64,000 bases of DNA from Parcubacteria group bacterium (GTDB lineage: Bacteria > Patescibacteriota > Minisyncoccia > Moranbacterales > UBA9337): NCBI GenBank assembly GCA_041662245.1, contig JBAZSW010000001.1, forward strand, positions 11,714 to 75,713, given 5' to 3'. The notes beneath the pieces were generated by a model, which made no database searches, was not told the DNA's origin, and saw only the letters and a program-made list of their open reading frames with translations. A program made the translations under genes and the position numbers. Shown here piece by piece: positions 1 to 7,959 of this stretch; the stretch's first letter is position 1, and every line of letters begins with the position of its first letter.

Positions 1-2610
1 CTGTGCCCATATCTCCATTTGCTGGGACAAACTCAAATTTTTATGCGACCACTTTTGCTTCCAATAATGTTCGTCATAGTGTCACTAATACTGCCACTAA
101 TGCCATGAATTTTTATTATTCTTTTCAAAATATTCAAACTTATACAGGAGCCAACACTATTTTAGTTAATTATGAAGGAGCTTATGTGAGTGCCACCACT
201 TTAACTTACAACTTAGCTATTTACAATTTCAACTCTAGCGGTTGGGAAGATCTGCACACGGGAGCGATTACCGCCAGTGCTACCAGCACCGATCAAGTTA
301 ATCAATTTGCTAAAAACAATGTAACCTTAACTGACTATATTTCTAGTGGAGAAGTGAGAATTAGAATTTATTCAACCGTTACCGGTACTCAAACCTTTCA
401 ATCTGATATGATTGCCATTACGGTGGGTTCGACTAATACGGATGTCACTCAAAGCGAAACCTCTTTTGGCCAAGAAACAGGGAGTACTACCGCTACCAAT
501 ACTCGTGATTTAGATGTGTTAACTACATCGACTGCTGGTAATACTTGGCAACATGCTACTTGTTTAAATAATGCGATTGCCGGAGCTTGTACGGCCGTCA
601 CTTATCCTTATGCGACTGATTGGGCAGGAACTTGGGGAACCAATTACAGCGCTTCTGCCAATGTTTTCGTGCCTATTACAGTGCCTACTGATGCTTCGGT
701 CACCGGTATCAGATATGCTGCTAGATTTAGAAGTAATGTTACAACTAATGCTGTACAACTTGGAATCAAAGATTATTCCGGACAATTTGCAGGACCAACG
801 GTGGCTGGAGGTTGGACCGCTGTAGGTGCTACTAATGCTTTGACTACTTTTACTTTTACTGATGGAATTTACCAAGTTAATCCAGAAGACTATATTGATA
901 CTATTAATAATCGAGGCAATTTAAGATTAAGAACTTCTACTTCGACTGCTACGGCTACCGCTACTAGAGCTTGGGATTTTGCGTTTATGAGTATACGATG
1001 GATTAATGACACAGTACCGAGACCGACATCCCTCAGCCAATTCTCTCCTACTGACTATTTTTACAATGCTTCCACTACTACTATTAATGCCGCTTCAGCT
1101 ACTAGCTTAAGATCTCACCGCGGAGCTGTGGCTACTGATAACGTTTTCTTTTCTACTGCCAACATTGCCAACCAAGCTTTGGAAGTGGGGGTTAATTTGG
1201 GCAATGTATCTTTAAATGGAGCTAATAAAATAATAATTGCTTCTGAAACTGCTAATGTAACTACAGCCAGAAATTATTTTGTTCAAATTTGTGATTGGAG
1301 TTCTACAGTGGGAGTAAATAATGCAGCCGATTCCAATTGCACTGGAGGAGGTTGGAGAACGATTAATAATCCTCGCACTACAGCTCTATCTAATGTCTCT
1401 GACGCTACTTATACTTATGAAGTTTTTAATGGCTATTTTTATTCCGGTACTGCTCCCGGAACTAAAATTGATACTCCTTTAACCAACTTTGTTTCTTCGG
1501 GTAGTTTTAAAGTTAGATATTTAGGAGCCACCAATGCTTCAGCAATTACTTTTAATATTGATCGTGTTATGGTAGAAACAGCCATTGATCCTGTCTACTA
1601 TCCATCTTCTTCTGTGCCCATATCTCCATTTGCTGGGACAAACTCAAATTTTTATGCGACCACTTTTGCTTCCAATAATGTTCGTCATAGTGTCACTAAT
1701 ACTGCCACTAATGCCATGAATTTTTATTATTCTTTTCAAAATATTCAAACTTATACAGGAGCCAACACTATTTTAGTTAATTATGAAGGAGCTTATGTGA
1801 GTGCCACCACTTTAACTTACAACTTAGCTATTTACAATTTCAACTCTAGCGGTTGGGAAGATCTGCACACGGGAGCGATTACCGCCAGTGCTACCAGCAC
1901 CGATCAAGTTAATCAATTTGCTAAAAACAATGTAACCTTAACTGACTATATTTCTAGTGGAGAAGTGAGAATTAGAATTTATTCAACCGTTACCGGTACT
2001 CAAACCTTTCAATCTGATATGATTGCCATTACGGTGGGTTCGACTAATACGGATGTCACTCAAAGCGAAACCTCTTTTGGCCAAGAAACAGGGAGTACTA
2101 CCGCTACCAATACTCGTGATTTAGATGTGTTAACTACATCGACTGCTGGTAATACTTGGCAACATGCTACTTGTTTAAATAATGCGATTGCCGGAGCTTG
2201 TACGGCCGTCACTTATCCTTATGCGACTGATTGGGCAGGAACTTGGGGAACCAATTACAGCGCTTCTGCCAATGTTTTCGTGCCTATTACAGTGCCTACT
2301 GATGCTTCGGTCACCGGTATCAGATATGCTGCTAGATTTAGAAGTAATGTTACAACTAATGCTGTACAACTTGGAATCAAAGATTATTCCGGACAATTTG
2401 CAGGACCAACGGTGGCTGGAGGTTGGACCGCTGTAGGTGCTACTAATGCTTTGACTACTTTTACTTTTACTGATGGAATTTACCAAGTTAATCCAGAAGA
2501 CTATATTGATACTATTAATAATCGAGGCAATTTAAGATTAAGAACTTCTACTTCGACTGCTACGGCTACCGCTACTAGAGCTTGGGATTTTGCGTTTATG
2601 AGTATACGAT
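1..2610 (+). repeat. Tandem direct repeat inside the large surface-protein gene. nt 1-999 are identical to nt 1612-2610, period 1611 bp (537 aa).
   Basis: Identical strings at both ends and in the middle of the two copies were checked by eye. Shadow ORFs 564..875 and 2175..2486 (and 571..825 / 2182..2436) translate identically. Copy 1 may extend upstream of the window. Confidence 0.85.
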
Positions 2611-3602
2611 ATACTTATTTAAATGGAGGAATATCTCCTTCAATTACTGTTGATACGACAGGCACTCAAACAGCTACCATGAACATTCCTTCCAGCAATC
2701 AATCTGTAGGAGGAGCTTTTACTATGATTAGAAATTCTGGCTCCGCTAATGTTACCGGAATAACTATTACAGAAACAGGAACAGTAGTAGCTAACACTAA
2801 TTTAGCTAATGTAAAACTTTTTTACGACACGACTAATTGTACTTATGATGGAACGGAATCCCAATTTGGTAGTACCACCACTTTTAATGCTTCAGCTAAG
2901 GCTTCTTTTAGTGGGTCTGTTTCGGTGGGAACTTCTCAGGTTTGTTTTTATGCTATGTTAGATGTAGGTTCGGGAGCCAGTGGTGGAGAAACTCTCGAAA
3001 TTCAAATTGCTGATCCATCCACAGAAGTAACGGCTTCAGCAGGAACTGTTACTCCTGCTTCGGCTGTGTCAATTTCCGGAACTACAACTTTAAATGCGGG
3101 ATCATTGGGGGGAGATATAGTGGATGATGTTGGCAATACAGTAGCTAATCCTTCAGTATCTTTTTCTACGGGACTTTATAATTGGAGCAGTCAGCAATCC
3201 ACTGGAACACTAGGTATATCTACTCAAAAAATAAGAATTACTAATACCAGTGGAACACCTAGTTGGACACTTTCAATTGCGGCTGCTGCCAATACTAATC
3301 TTTGGACAAGTGGAGGAAACACTTATGATTTTAATGATACTGTTACTACAGGAAGACTGAATGTTGACCCCAGCGTGTCAACAATTACTCCTCAAGGCGG
3401 TTGTTCTACTACGGGACTAAGCAAGGGCTCTTCAACTTATTTTTCTCAAGGAACACAAGACTCAGTTAATCTAGTTGTGGCGGGAGGAACTGCTCAAACT
3501 AATTGTTATTGGGATATTACTGGTATTAGTATGACTCAAGATGTGCCAGCTTCTCAGCTAGTGGGTAGTTATGGGTTAAATATGGTTTTAACTGCTATTT
3601 GA
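3..3602 (+). CDS. Large Thr/Ser/Asn-rich secreted surface protein, 5'-truncated by the window edge. It contains a perfect tandem duplication and a C-terminal WxL-like domain.
   Basis: Single 1199-aa ORF running in from the window start. The C-terminal ~150 aa (about nt 3150-3602) is paralogous to the two downstream small proteins. It has an FxFxT...RIR...SWTLSIA first motif and a YWDITG...SYGLNMVLTAI terminal motif that resemble the two WxL motifs of Firmicutes WxL surface proteins. Confidence 0.6.
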   Translation: MPISPFAGTNSNFYATTFASNNVRHSVTNTATNAMNFYYSFQNIQTYTGANTILVNYEGAYVSATTLTYNLAIYNFNSSGWEDLHTGAITASATSTDQVNQFAKNNVTLTDYISSGEVRIRIYSTVTGTQTFQSDMIAITVGSTNTDVTQSETSFGQETGSTTATNTRDLDVLTTSTAGNTWQHATCLNNAIAGACTAVTYPYATDWAGTWGTNYSASANVFVPITVPTDASVTGIRYAARFRSNVTTNAVQLGIKDYSGQFAGPTVAGGWTAVGATNALTTFTFTDGIYQVNPEDYIDTINNRGNLRLRTSTSTATATATRAWDFAFMSIRWINDTVPRPTSLSQFSPTDYFYNASTTTINAASATSLRSHRGAVATDNVFFSTANIANQALEVGVNLGNVSLNGANKIIIASETANVTTARNYFVQICDWSSTVGVNNAADSNCTGGGWRTINNPRTTALSNVSDATYTYEVFNGYFYSGTAPGTKIDTPLTNFVSSGSFKVRYLGATNASAITFNIDRVMVETAIDPVYYPSSSVPISPFAGTNSNFYATTFASNNVRHSVTNTATNAMNFYYSFQNIQTYTGANTILVNYEGAYVSATTLTYNLAIYNFNSSGWEDLHTGAITASATSTDQVNQFAKNNVTLTDYISSGEVRIRIYSTVTGTQTFQSDMIAITVGSTNTDVTQSETSFGQETGSTTATNTRDLDVLTTSTAGNTWQHATCLNNAIAGACTAVTYPYATDWAGTWGTNYSASANVFVPITVPTDASVTGIRYAARFRSNVTTNAVQLGIKDYSGQFAGPTVAGGWTAVGATNALTTFTFTDGIYQVNPEDYIDTINNRGNLRLRTSTSTATATATRAWDFAFMSIRYTYLNGGISPSITVDTTGTQTATMNIPSSNQSVGGAFTMIRNSGSANVTGITITETGTVVANTNLANVKLFYDTTNCTYDGTESQFGSTTTFNASAKASFSGSVSVGTSQVCFYAMLDVGSGASGGETLEIQIADPSTEVTASAGTVTPASAVSISGTTTLNAGSLGGDIVDDVGNTVANPSVSFSTGLYNWSSQQSTGTLGISTQKIRITNTSGTPSWTLSIAAAANTNLWTSGGNTYDFNDTVTTGRLNVDPSVSTITPQGGCSTTGLSKGSSTYFSQGTQDSVNLVVAGGTAQTNCYWDITGISMTQDVPASQLVGSYGLNMVLTAI

Positions 3603-3659
3603 CTTTTTGGTTTAGATAGTGTATAATGAATCTGAGAAATAGTAACAGGGAAGCTTAAC

Positions 3660-3728
3660 GGGTGAAAATTCCTTTCTCTAAATCCTTATTTTTAGGGGGT
3701 TAGAGAGATGAATGTTCACCCTTTTTAG
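3660..3728 (+). terminator. Nested inverted repeats (gggtgaa...ctctaa...ttagag...ttcaccc) followed by a T-run. Putative intrinsic terminator or structured 3' element.
   Basis: Inverted repeats seen directly in the sequence, followed by tttttag. Confidence 0.4.
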
Positions 3729-3743
3729 TTTAAAAACAAAAAA

Positions 3744-4403
3744 ATGAAAACAAAAATAATCAATTTAATAGTTAAGAGAATCGGAGTTATTTCGATAATT
3801 GTTTTTAGTGTGATTGCCATTAGGGCTTCGGCTAGCAATCAATCTCAATTAAATCAATCTATTAGCGATGGGGTTAAAGCTATCGATATTGTAGATGCAG
3901 GTGGAACTACAGTAACGAGTCCTTCGGTTTCATTTACATCAGCTACTTTTTCTTTTACTACCCAAAATACTACAGGAACATTGGGTGTTTCAGCTCAAAG
4001 AATTCGTGTTTATAATCCCACTTCTACTGCTACTTGGACAGCCAGTATTGCTGGAAGCGCCCCGACTGCCACTTGGACGACAGGAAGTGCTTATTATGAT
4101 TTTAATGACGGCAATGGTGCCACTGATGGCGGAGATACTGATTCTTACGGAGGACAGTTATCTGTCGCTCCGGCAGGAGGAACTTTAGCGGGAGTATCGG
4201 GATGTGCAACGAGTAATGTTTCATTGGGATCCAACAGCGCTTTCGTGGAAACAACTACCAATAGTATAACTCTTGCCTCAGGTGCTGCAGGCGCCCCGAC
4301 TTACTGTCGCTGGGACGTAACTGATATCGGGCTTACTCAATCATTGCCTGCTTCTCAGACATCAGGTTCCTATGCCCTAAATCTTGTGTTATCGATAATT
4401 TAA
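3744..4403 (+). CDS. Small secreted WxL-like domain protein, paralog 1.
   Basis: N-terminal signal/TM (MKTKIINLIVKRIGVISIIVFSVIAIRASA). The body is paralogous to the C-terminus of the upstream giant protein: FSFTT...RIRVYNP...TWTASIAG, then CRWDVTDIGLTQSLP...SGSYALNLVLSII. Confidence 0.7.
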   Translation: MKTKIINLIVKRIGVISIIVFSVIAIRASASNQSQLNQSISDGVKAIDIVDAGGTTVTSPSVSFTSATFSFTTQNTTGTLGVSAQRIRVYNPTSTATWTASIAGSAPTATWTTGSAYYDFNDGNGATDGGDTDSYGGQLSVAPAGGTLAGVSGCATSNVSLGSNSAFVETTTNSITLASGAAGAPTYCRWDVTDIGLTQSLPASQTSGSYALNLVLSII

Positions 4404-4407
4404 AAAA

Positions 4408-5073
4408 ATGAAAATGAAAATAATTAATTTGTTAGCTAAACAGATAGGAACAGTTGCATTGATTGTTTTGGTTATGTTTGCTATTAAAACTTCAGCCAAT
4501 AATCAATCCCAATTAAATCAGTCAGTTAGCGATGGGGTTAAAGCTATCGATATTGTGGATGCGGGCGGAACTACAGTAGCGAGTCCTTCGGTTTCATTTA
4601 CATCAGCTACTTTTTCTTTTGCTACGCAAGATACTACAGGAACATTGGGTGTTTCGGCTGAAAGGATTCGTATTTTTAATCCTACGGCTACAGCTACTTG
4701 GACAGCCAGTATTGCCGGAAGCGCTACAACTGCTACTTGGACGACAGGAAGTGCTTATTATGATTTTAATGATGCTACTGGAAGTGGATATACTGATGGC
4801 GCAGATACCGATGTTTATGGAGGACAGTTAAATATAGCACCTGCAGGAGGAACTCTAGCGGGAGTATCCGGATGTGTGACAACCAACGTTTCCTTGGGGT
4901 CTAATAGTGCTTTTAGTGAAGGAAGTATAGATAGTATCACACTTGCTTCTGGAGCAGCAGGAGCGTCTACTTTTTGTCGATGGGATGTGACCAATATTGG
5001 CTTAACTCAAAAAATGCCCGCTTCACAAGTTTCAGGATCGTATGCTTTAAATCTGGTGCTATCAATAATTTAA
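4408..5073 (+). CDS. Small secreted WxL-like domain protein, paralog 2. Tandem duplicate of the previous gene.
   Basis: About 80% identical to the 3744..4403 product with the same motifs. It starts 5 nt after that gene's stop codon. Confidence 0.7.
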   Translation: MKMKIINLLAKQIGTVALIVLVMFAIKTSANNQSQLNQSVSDGVKAIDIVDAGGTTVASPSVSFTSATFSFATQDTTGTLGVSAERIRIFNPTATATWTASIAGSATTATWTTGSAYYDFNDATGSGYTDGADTDVYGGQLNIAPAGGTLAGVSGCVTTNVSLGSNSAFSEGSIDSITLASGAAGASTFCRWDVTNIGLTQKMPASQVSGSYALNLVLSII

Positions 5074-5106
5074 GCAAAATAAAATTTATATAAAAAAATA
5101 AAAAGT

Positions 5107-5134
5107 ATCCACGTTAGTTAGTGGATTTTTTTTA
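5107..5134 (+). terminator. Intrinsic terminator: atccac / gtggat stem followed by a T8 run.
   Basis: Hairpin plus U-run immediately after the second small WxL-like gene. Confidence 0.5.
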
Positions 5135-5200
5135 TTGGTGTGCTATAATTTAGGTAATTAAAAAACTGATTATTAAAAAATAAAATTGTAAAAATAAAAT

Positions 5201-7471
5201 ATGAAAACAAAAATATTATTGAGTAGTTTTTTTCTGCTACTTTTTTTTGGGTTTTTGATTCAACCTGCTCATGCTATTGAATACGGGCAAATGGGTGGTA
5301 AGCCGACTAATTTTGATCCCAATATTCCCGATAGTAAATCTTGGTTTATTTATAATTTAGATCTTGGAACAGAAAAAGAAGATTCTTTAACTGTGGCTAA
5401 CTTATTTAATGAACCATGGATAGCTGTAATTTATGCAGCAGATAGCATTAAGAGTTCCAGTGGTGGATTTGCCCTCAAACAGTTAACTGAGTCTAAAGAA
5501 GAAATGGGATCTTGGGTAAAATTTTATCCAGATCCAAAACCAGAATTTGCTAGTAAAATTTTTGAAGAGAAAAAAACTATCAATGAAGTGTGTAAGGTTA
5601 CTGATGAAGATTTGGAGAAAAAATATGAGTTTGATTCAGAAAAAATAACTAAAATCAGAGATTGGTGCAAGGGGAAAGAAATAGTAGAACTCGAAATGAA
5701 AGCAGGAGAAAAAAAGGATTTATTGTTTGTAATTAGTGTGCCTGCTAATGCTGAAGTGGGGGAGCATACGGGAGGAATTCTGATTCAAAAAAAAGCCAAG
5801 GATGAAACTGCTCAAAGCGATGGTTCCAAAGTAATGCTAACCACTCGAGTGGGAGTTAGAATTTACGAGACCGTACCAGGAAATATTATTAAAAGATTAG
5901 CTTTTTCTGATTTTAAAATTGTAAAAAATTTCGATGAATTTTATTTGCCTTGGAATAAACAGAAAAAAGAAAAATTCAAAGAATATATATTGTCATCTTC
6001 TATTAACAATAGTGGAAATGTAAGTACCAATTTTAGTGAAAATATAATTATTAAAAATTTAATTACTCAAAAAACAGAAAGAATTGACAATCGAGAGTTT
6101 CAAGTTTTGAGAAGTGATGATTTTATTTCGACTTTAGCTTGGAAAGCTCCTCGTTTAGCGTATCTTTCTTTTCAAAAAGAATATACCTATAAAGATAGTG
6201 CAGATAATGAACAAAAAATATCCACGGAGGCAATTTCTAAATGGTTTATCCCTTGGAGAGAAATGTTAATTATTTTGGTCATTGTTTTGATTATTTGGAT
6301 AAGCTATTTTTTCTGGAAGAGATACCAAGACAAACATTATGGAGGAGCAGGCTGGGAGGATTATGAAGTAGCAGAAGGAGAAACTGTGCAGTCGCTAATT
6401 AATAAATTTTCTATAGATTGGAAGACTTTTATTAAGACAAATAAACTGAAAGCCCCTTACATTTTAGAAGTAGGAAAAATTGTAAAAGTTCCTAAAACAG
6501 AAACAGAAAAGCCAGCAAAAATAGAACCAGACGTTCAAATCATTCCTGAGAATAAGTCCAATGATGCCGTAACAGATGAAGGTGTTGGAGAGGGCGAATT
6601 GTCAGATGAAGATATTTTAAATAGAACGGAGCTTTTTGATAGTGCTGTGGAAAACAAAAAAATAGAAAGTGTCAAGATAAGTGAGCCAGATAAAGATTCT
6701 TCCAAGAATGATATTATTGATAGCTCCCTTTTCTTCGATGATTTAGAAGATAGTCAGGCGGTTATCGTTCCTAATAAAGTGGAATCTTTATCTGTGAATG
6801 AATCCAAGAAAAAGGTTTCAAATGCTCAACCCCTCAGAAGAAGTACAGATATTCAAAAACCGAAAGTAGCAGTTGTCGAAGCTCCCGTTGCAGAAGTTAA
6901 GGAAAAGAGTGCAGAGGCGGTAGCCGTAGATGACATTATAACCATCGAGGCGGACAAAGATAATTCGACAAATTATTTAAAGTGGGTTCTCGTGGCTCTA
7001 TCTTTGATAATAATATTATTGCTGGGTATCGTGGGGTACCTTTTGGTGGGTAATAAAAAAGAGATTAAAGCACCTATCCAAACAGCAGAAGTTTCTAGCG
7101 AAAATAAAGAAGCTACTCCCCAAAAAGAAGATACTCTTAGTAAGGATAGTAATGAAAATGAACAAGTAGAGATTTTAAAGAATGATCCTTTAAAAATGGA
7201 GATCAAAATATTTAATGGCAGTGGAATTGCGGGAGCAGCTGGAAAAGTAAAAGATTTTTTGGTCAGCAAGAAATATGAGAATGTCGAAGCAGGAAATTAT
7301 TCGGGAGAAAACGTTGTGGGTTCAACAGTCTATTATAAGGAGGATGCTTTGAAAGATGAAGCTCAATGGATTGCCGATATTTTAAAGGGTAATAAACTAT
7401 TGACTGACACAAAATTAGCATCTTCAGATGAAGAAAAATCTGGAGACATCGTAATTATCATTGGAAAATAA
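5201..7471 (+). CDS. Multidomain envelope protein. Signal peptide, then a DUF916-like (CscA-like) extracellular domain, a TM helix, a LysM domain, a second TM helix and a C-terminal LytR_C-like domain.
   Basis: LysM: YEVAEGETVQSLINKFSIDWKTFIKTNKLKAPYILEVGKIVKVP. LytR_C: MEIKIFNGSGIAGAAGKVKDFLVSKKYENVEAGNYSGENVVGSTVYYKEDALKDEAQWIADIL. The N-terminal SWFIYNLDLGTEKEDSLTVANLFNE...VIYAADS and PANAEVGEHTGGILIQ...RVGVRIYE resemble the DUF916 pattern. TM helices at WREMLIILVIVLIIWISYFFW and WVLVALSLIIILLLGIVGYLLVG. Confidence 0.55.
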   Translation: MKTKILLSSFFLLLFFGFLIQPAHAIEYGQMGGKPTNFDPNIPDSKSWFIYNLDLGTEKEDSLTVANLFNEPWIAVIYAADSIKSSSGGFALKQLTESKEEMGSWVKFYPDPKPEFASKIFEEKKTINEVCKVTDEDLEKKYEFDSEKITKIRDWCKGKEIVELEMKAGEKKDLLFVISVPANAEVGEHTGGILIQKKAKDETAQSDGSKVMLTTRVGVRIYETVPGNIIKRLAFSDFKIVKNFDEFYLPWNKQKKEKFKEYILSSSINNSGNVSTNFSENIIIKNLITQKTERIDNREFQVLRSDDFISTLAWKAPRLAYLSFQKEYTYKDSADNEQKISTEAISKWFIPWREMLIILVIVLIIWISYFFWKRYQDKHYGGAGWEDYEVAEGETVQSLINKFSIDWKTFIKTNKLKAPYILEVGKIVKVPKTETEKPAKIEPDVQIIPENKSNDAVTDEGVGEGELSDEDILNRTELFDSAVENKKIESVKISEPDKDSSKNDIIDSSLFFDDLEDSQAVIVPNKVESLSVNESKKKVSNAQPLRRSTDIQKPKVAVVEAPVAEVKEKSAEAVAVDDIITIEADKDNSTNYLKWVLVALSLIIILLLGIVGYLLVGNKKEIKAPIQTAEVSSENKEATPQKEDTLSKDSNENEQVEILKNDPLKMEIKIFNGSGIAGAAGKVKDFLVSKKYENVEAGNYSGENVVGSTVYYKEDALKDEAQWIADILKGNKLLTDTKLASSDEEKSGDIVIIIGK

Positions 7472-7527
7472 TATTCTTTGGCGTATAGCGAAAGTAGTTT
7501 CAAAAAATATAGATAAATTTTAAAAAA

Positions 7528-7893
7528 ATGCGGGTGAACTTTTTTTTAAAAATAATTTGGGTGATTATTCTATTTGTTAGTTTACAAATTATCTCAATTA
7601 ATAAAGTTGTGGCGAATAATCTGAGTTGTTCTCAGAGTATTTTACCTGTGAAATTTATTTATATGTCTAGACAGGGAGGGATAGACAATATTTGGAGTAA
7701 TGTAGGCCAGTCGGATGACATTTATGTAATCAAATTTTTTAATGAAAAAAAAGAGGAACTTCCTACTAGTAGAAATTTATTTTCTCAATATGTTTTGGGT
7801 TCTCAGAAAGACATTGTTGAGAAAAACAAAACCCAAGAAATTAGATTTTCTAGCAGAGATAATTTTTTGGAGGAAATTAGAACTATTGTTTGA
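7528..7893 (+). CDS. Hypothetical small secreted protein.
   Basis: ORF with an N-terminal hydrophobic segment. No recognisable family. Confidence 0.4.
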   Translation: MRVNFFLKIIWVIILFVSLQIISINKVVANNLSCSQSILPVKFIYMSRQGGIDNIWSNVGQSDDIYVIKFFNEKKEELPTSRNLFSQYVLGSQKDIVEKNKTQEIRFSSRDNFLEEIRTIV

Positions 7894-7910
7894 GATCAGA
7901 TTTGCTTTTA

Positions 7911-7941
7911 AAAAACCATCTTTTTAGTAAAGATGGTTTTT
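7911..7941. terminator. Bidirectional intrinsic terminator: 13-bp stem aaaaaccatcttt / aaagatggttttt.
   Basis: Perfect hairpin flanked by A-run and T-run, between convergent genes. Confidence 0.6.
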
Positions 7942-7959
7942 TAAATTAGTAAGTGGCAA

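Noticed and set aside
564-875. Antisense and sense shadow ORFs 564..875, 571..825, 2175..2486 and 2182..2436 inside the giant surface-protein gene.
   Set aside because: They lie wholly inside the long +1-frame ORF and appear as identical pairs only because of the tandem duplication. Low-complexity translations; not genes.
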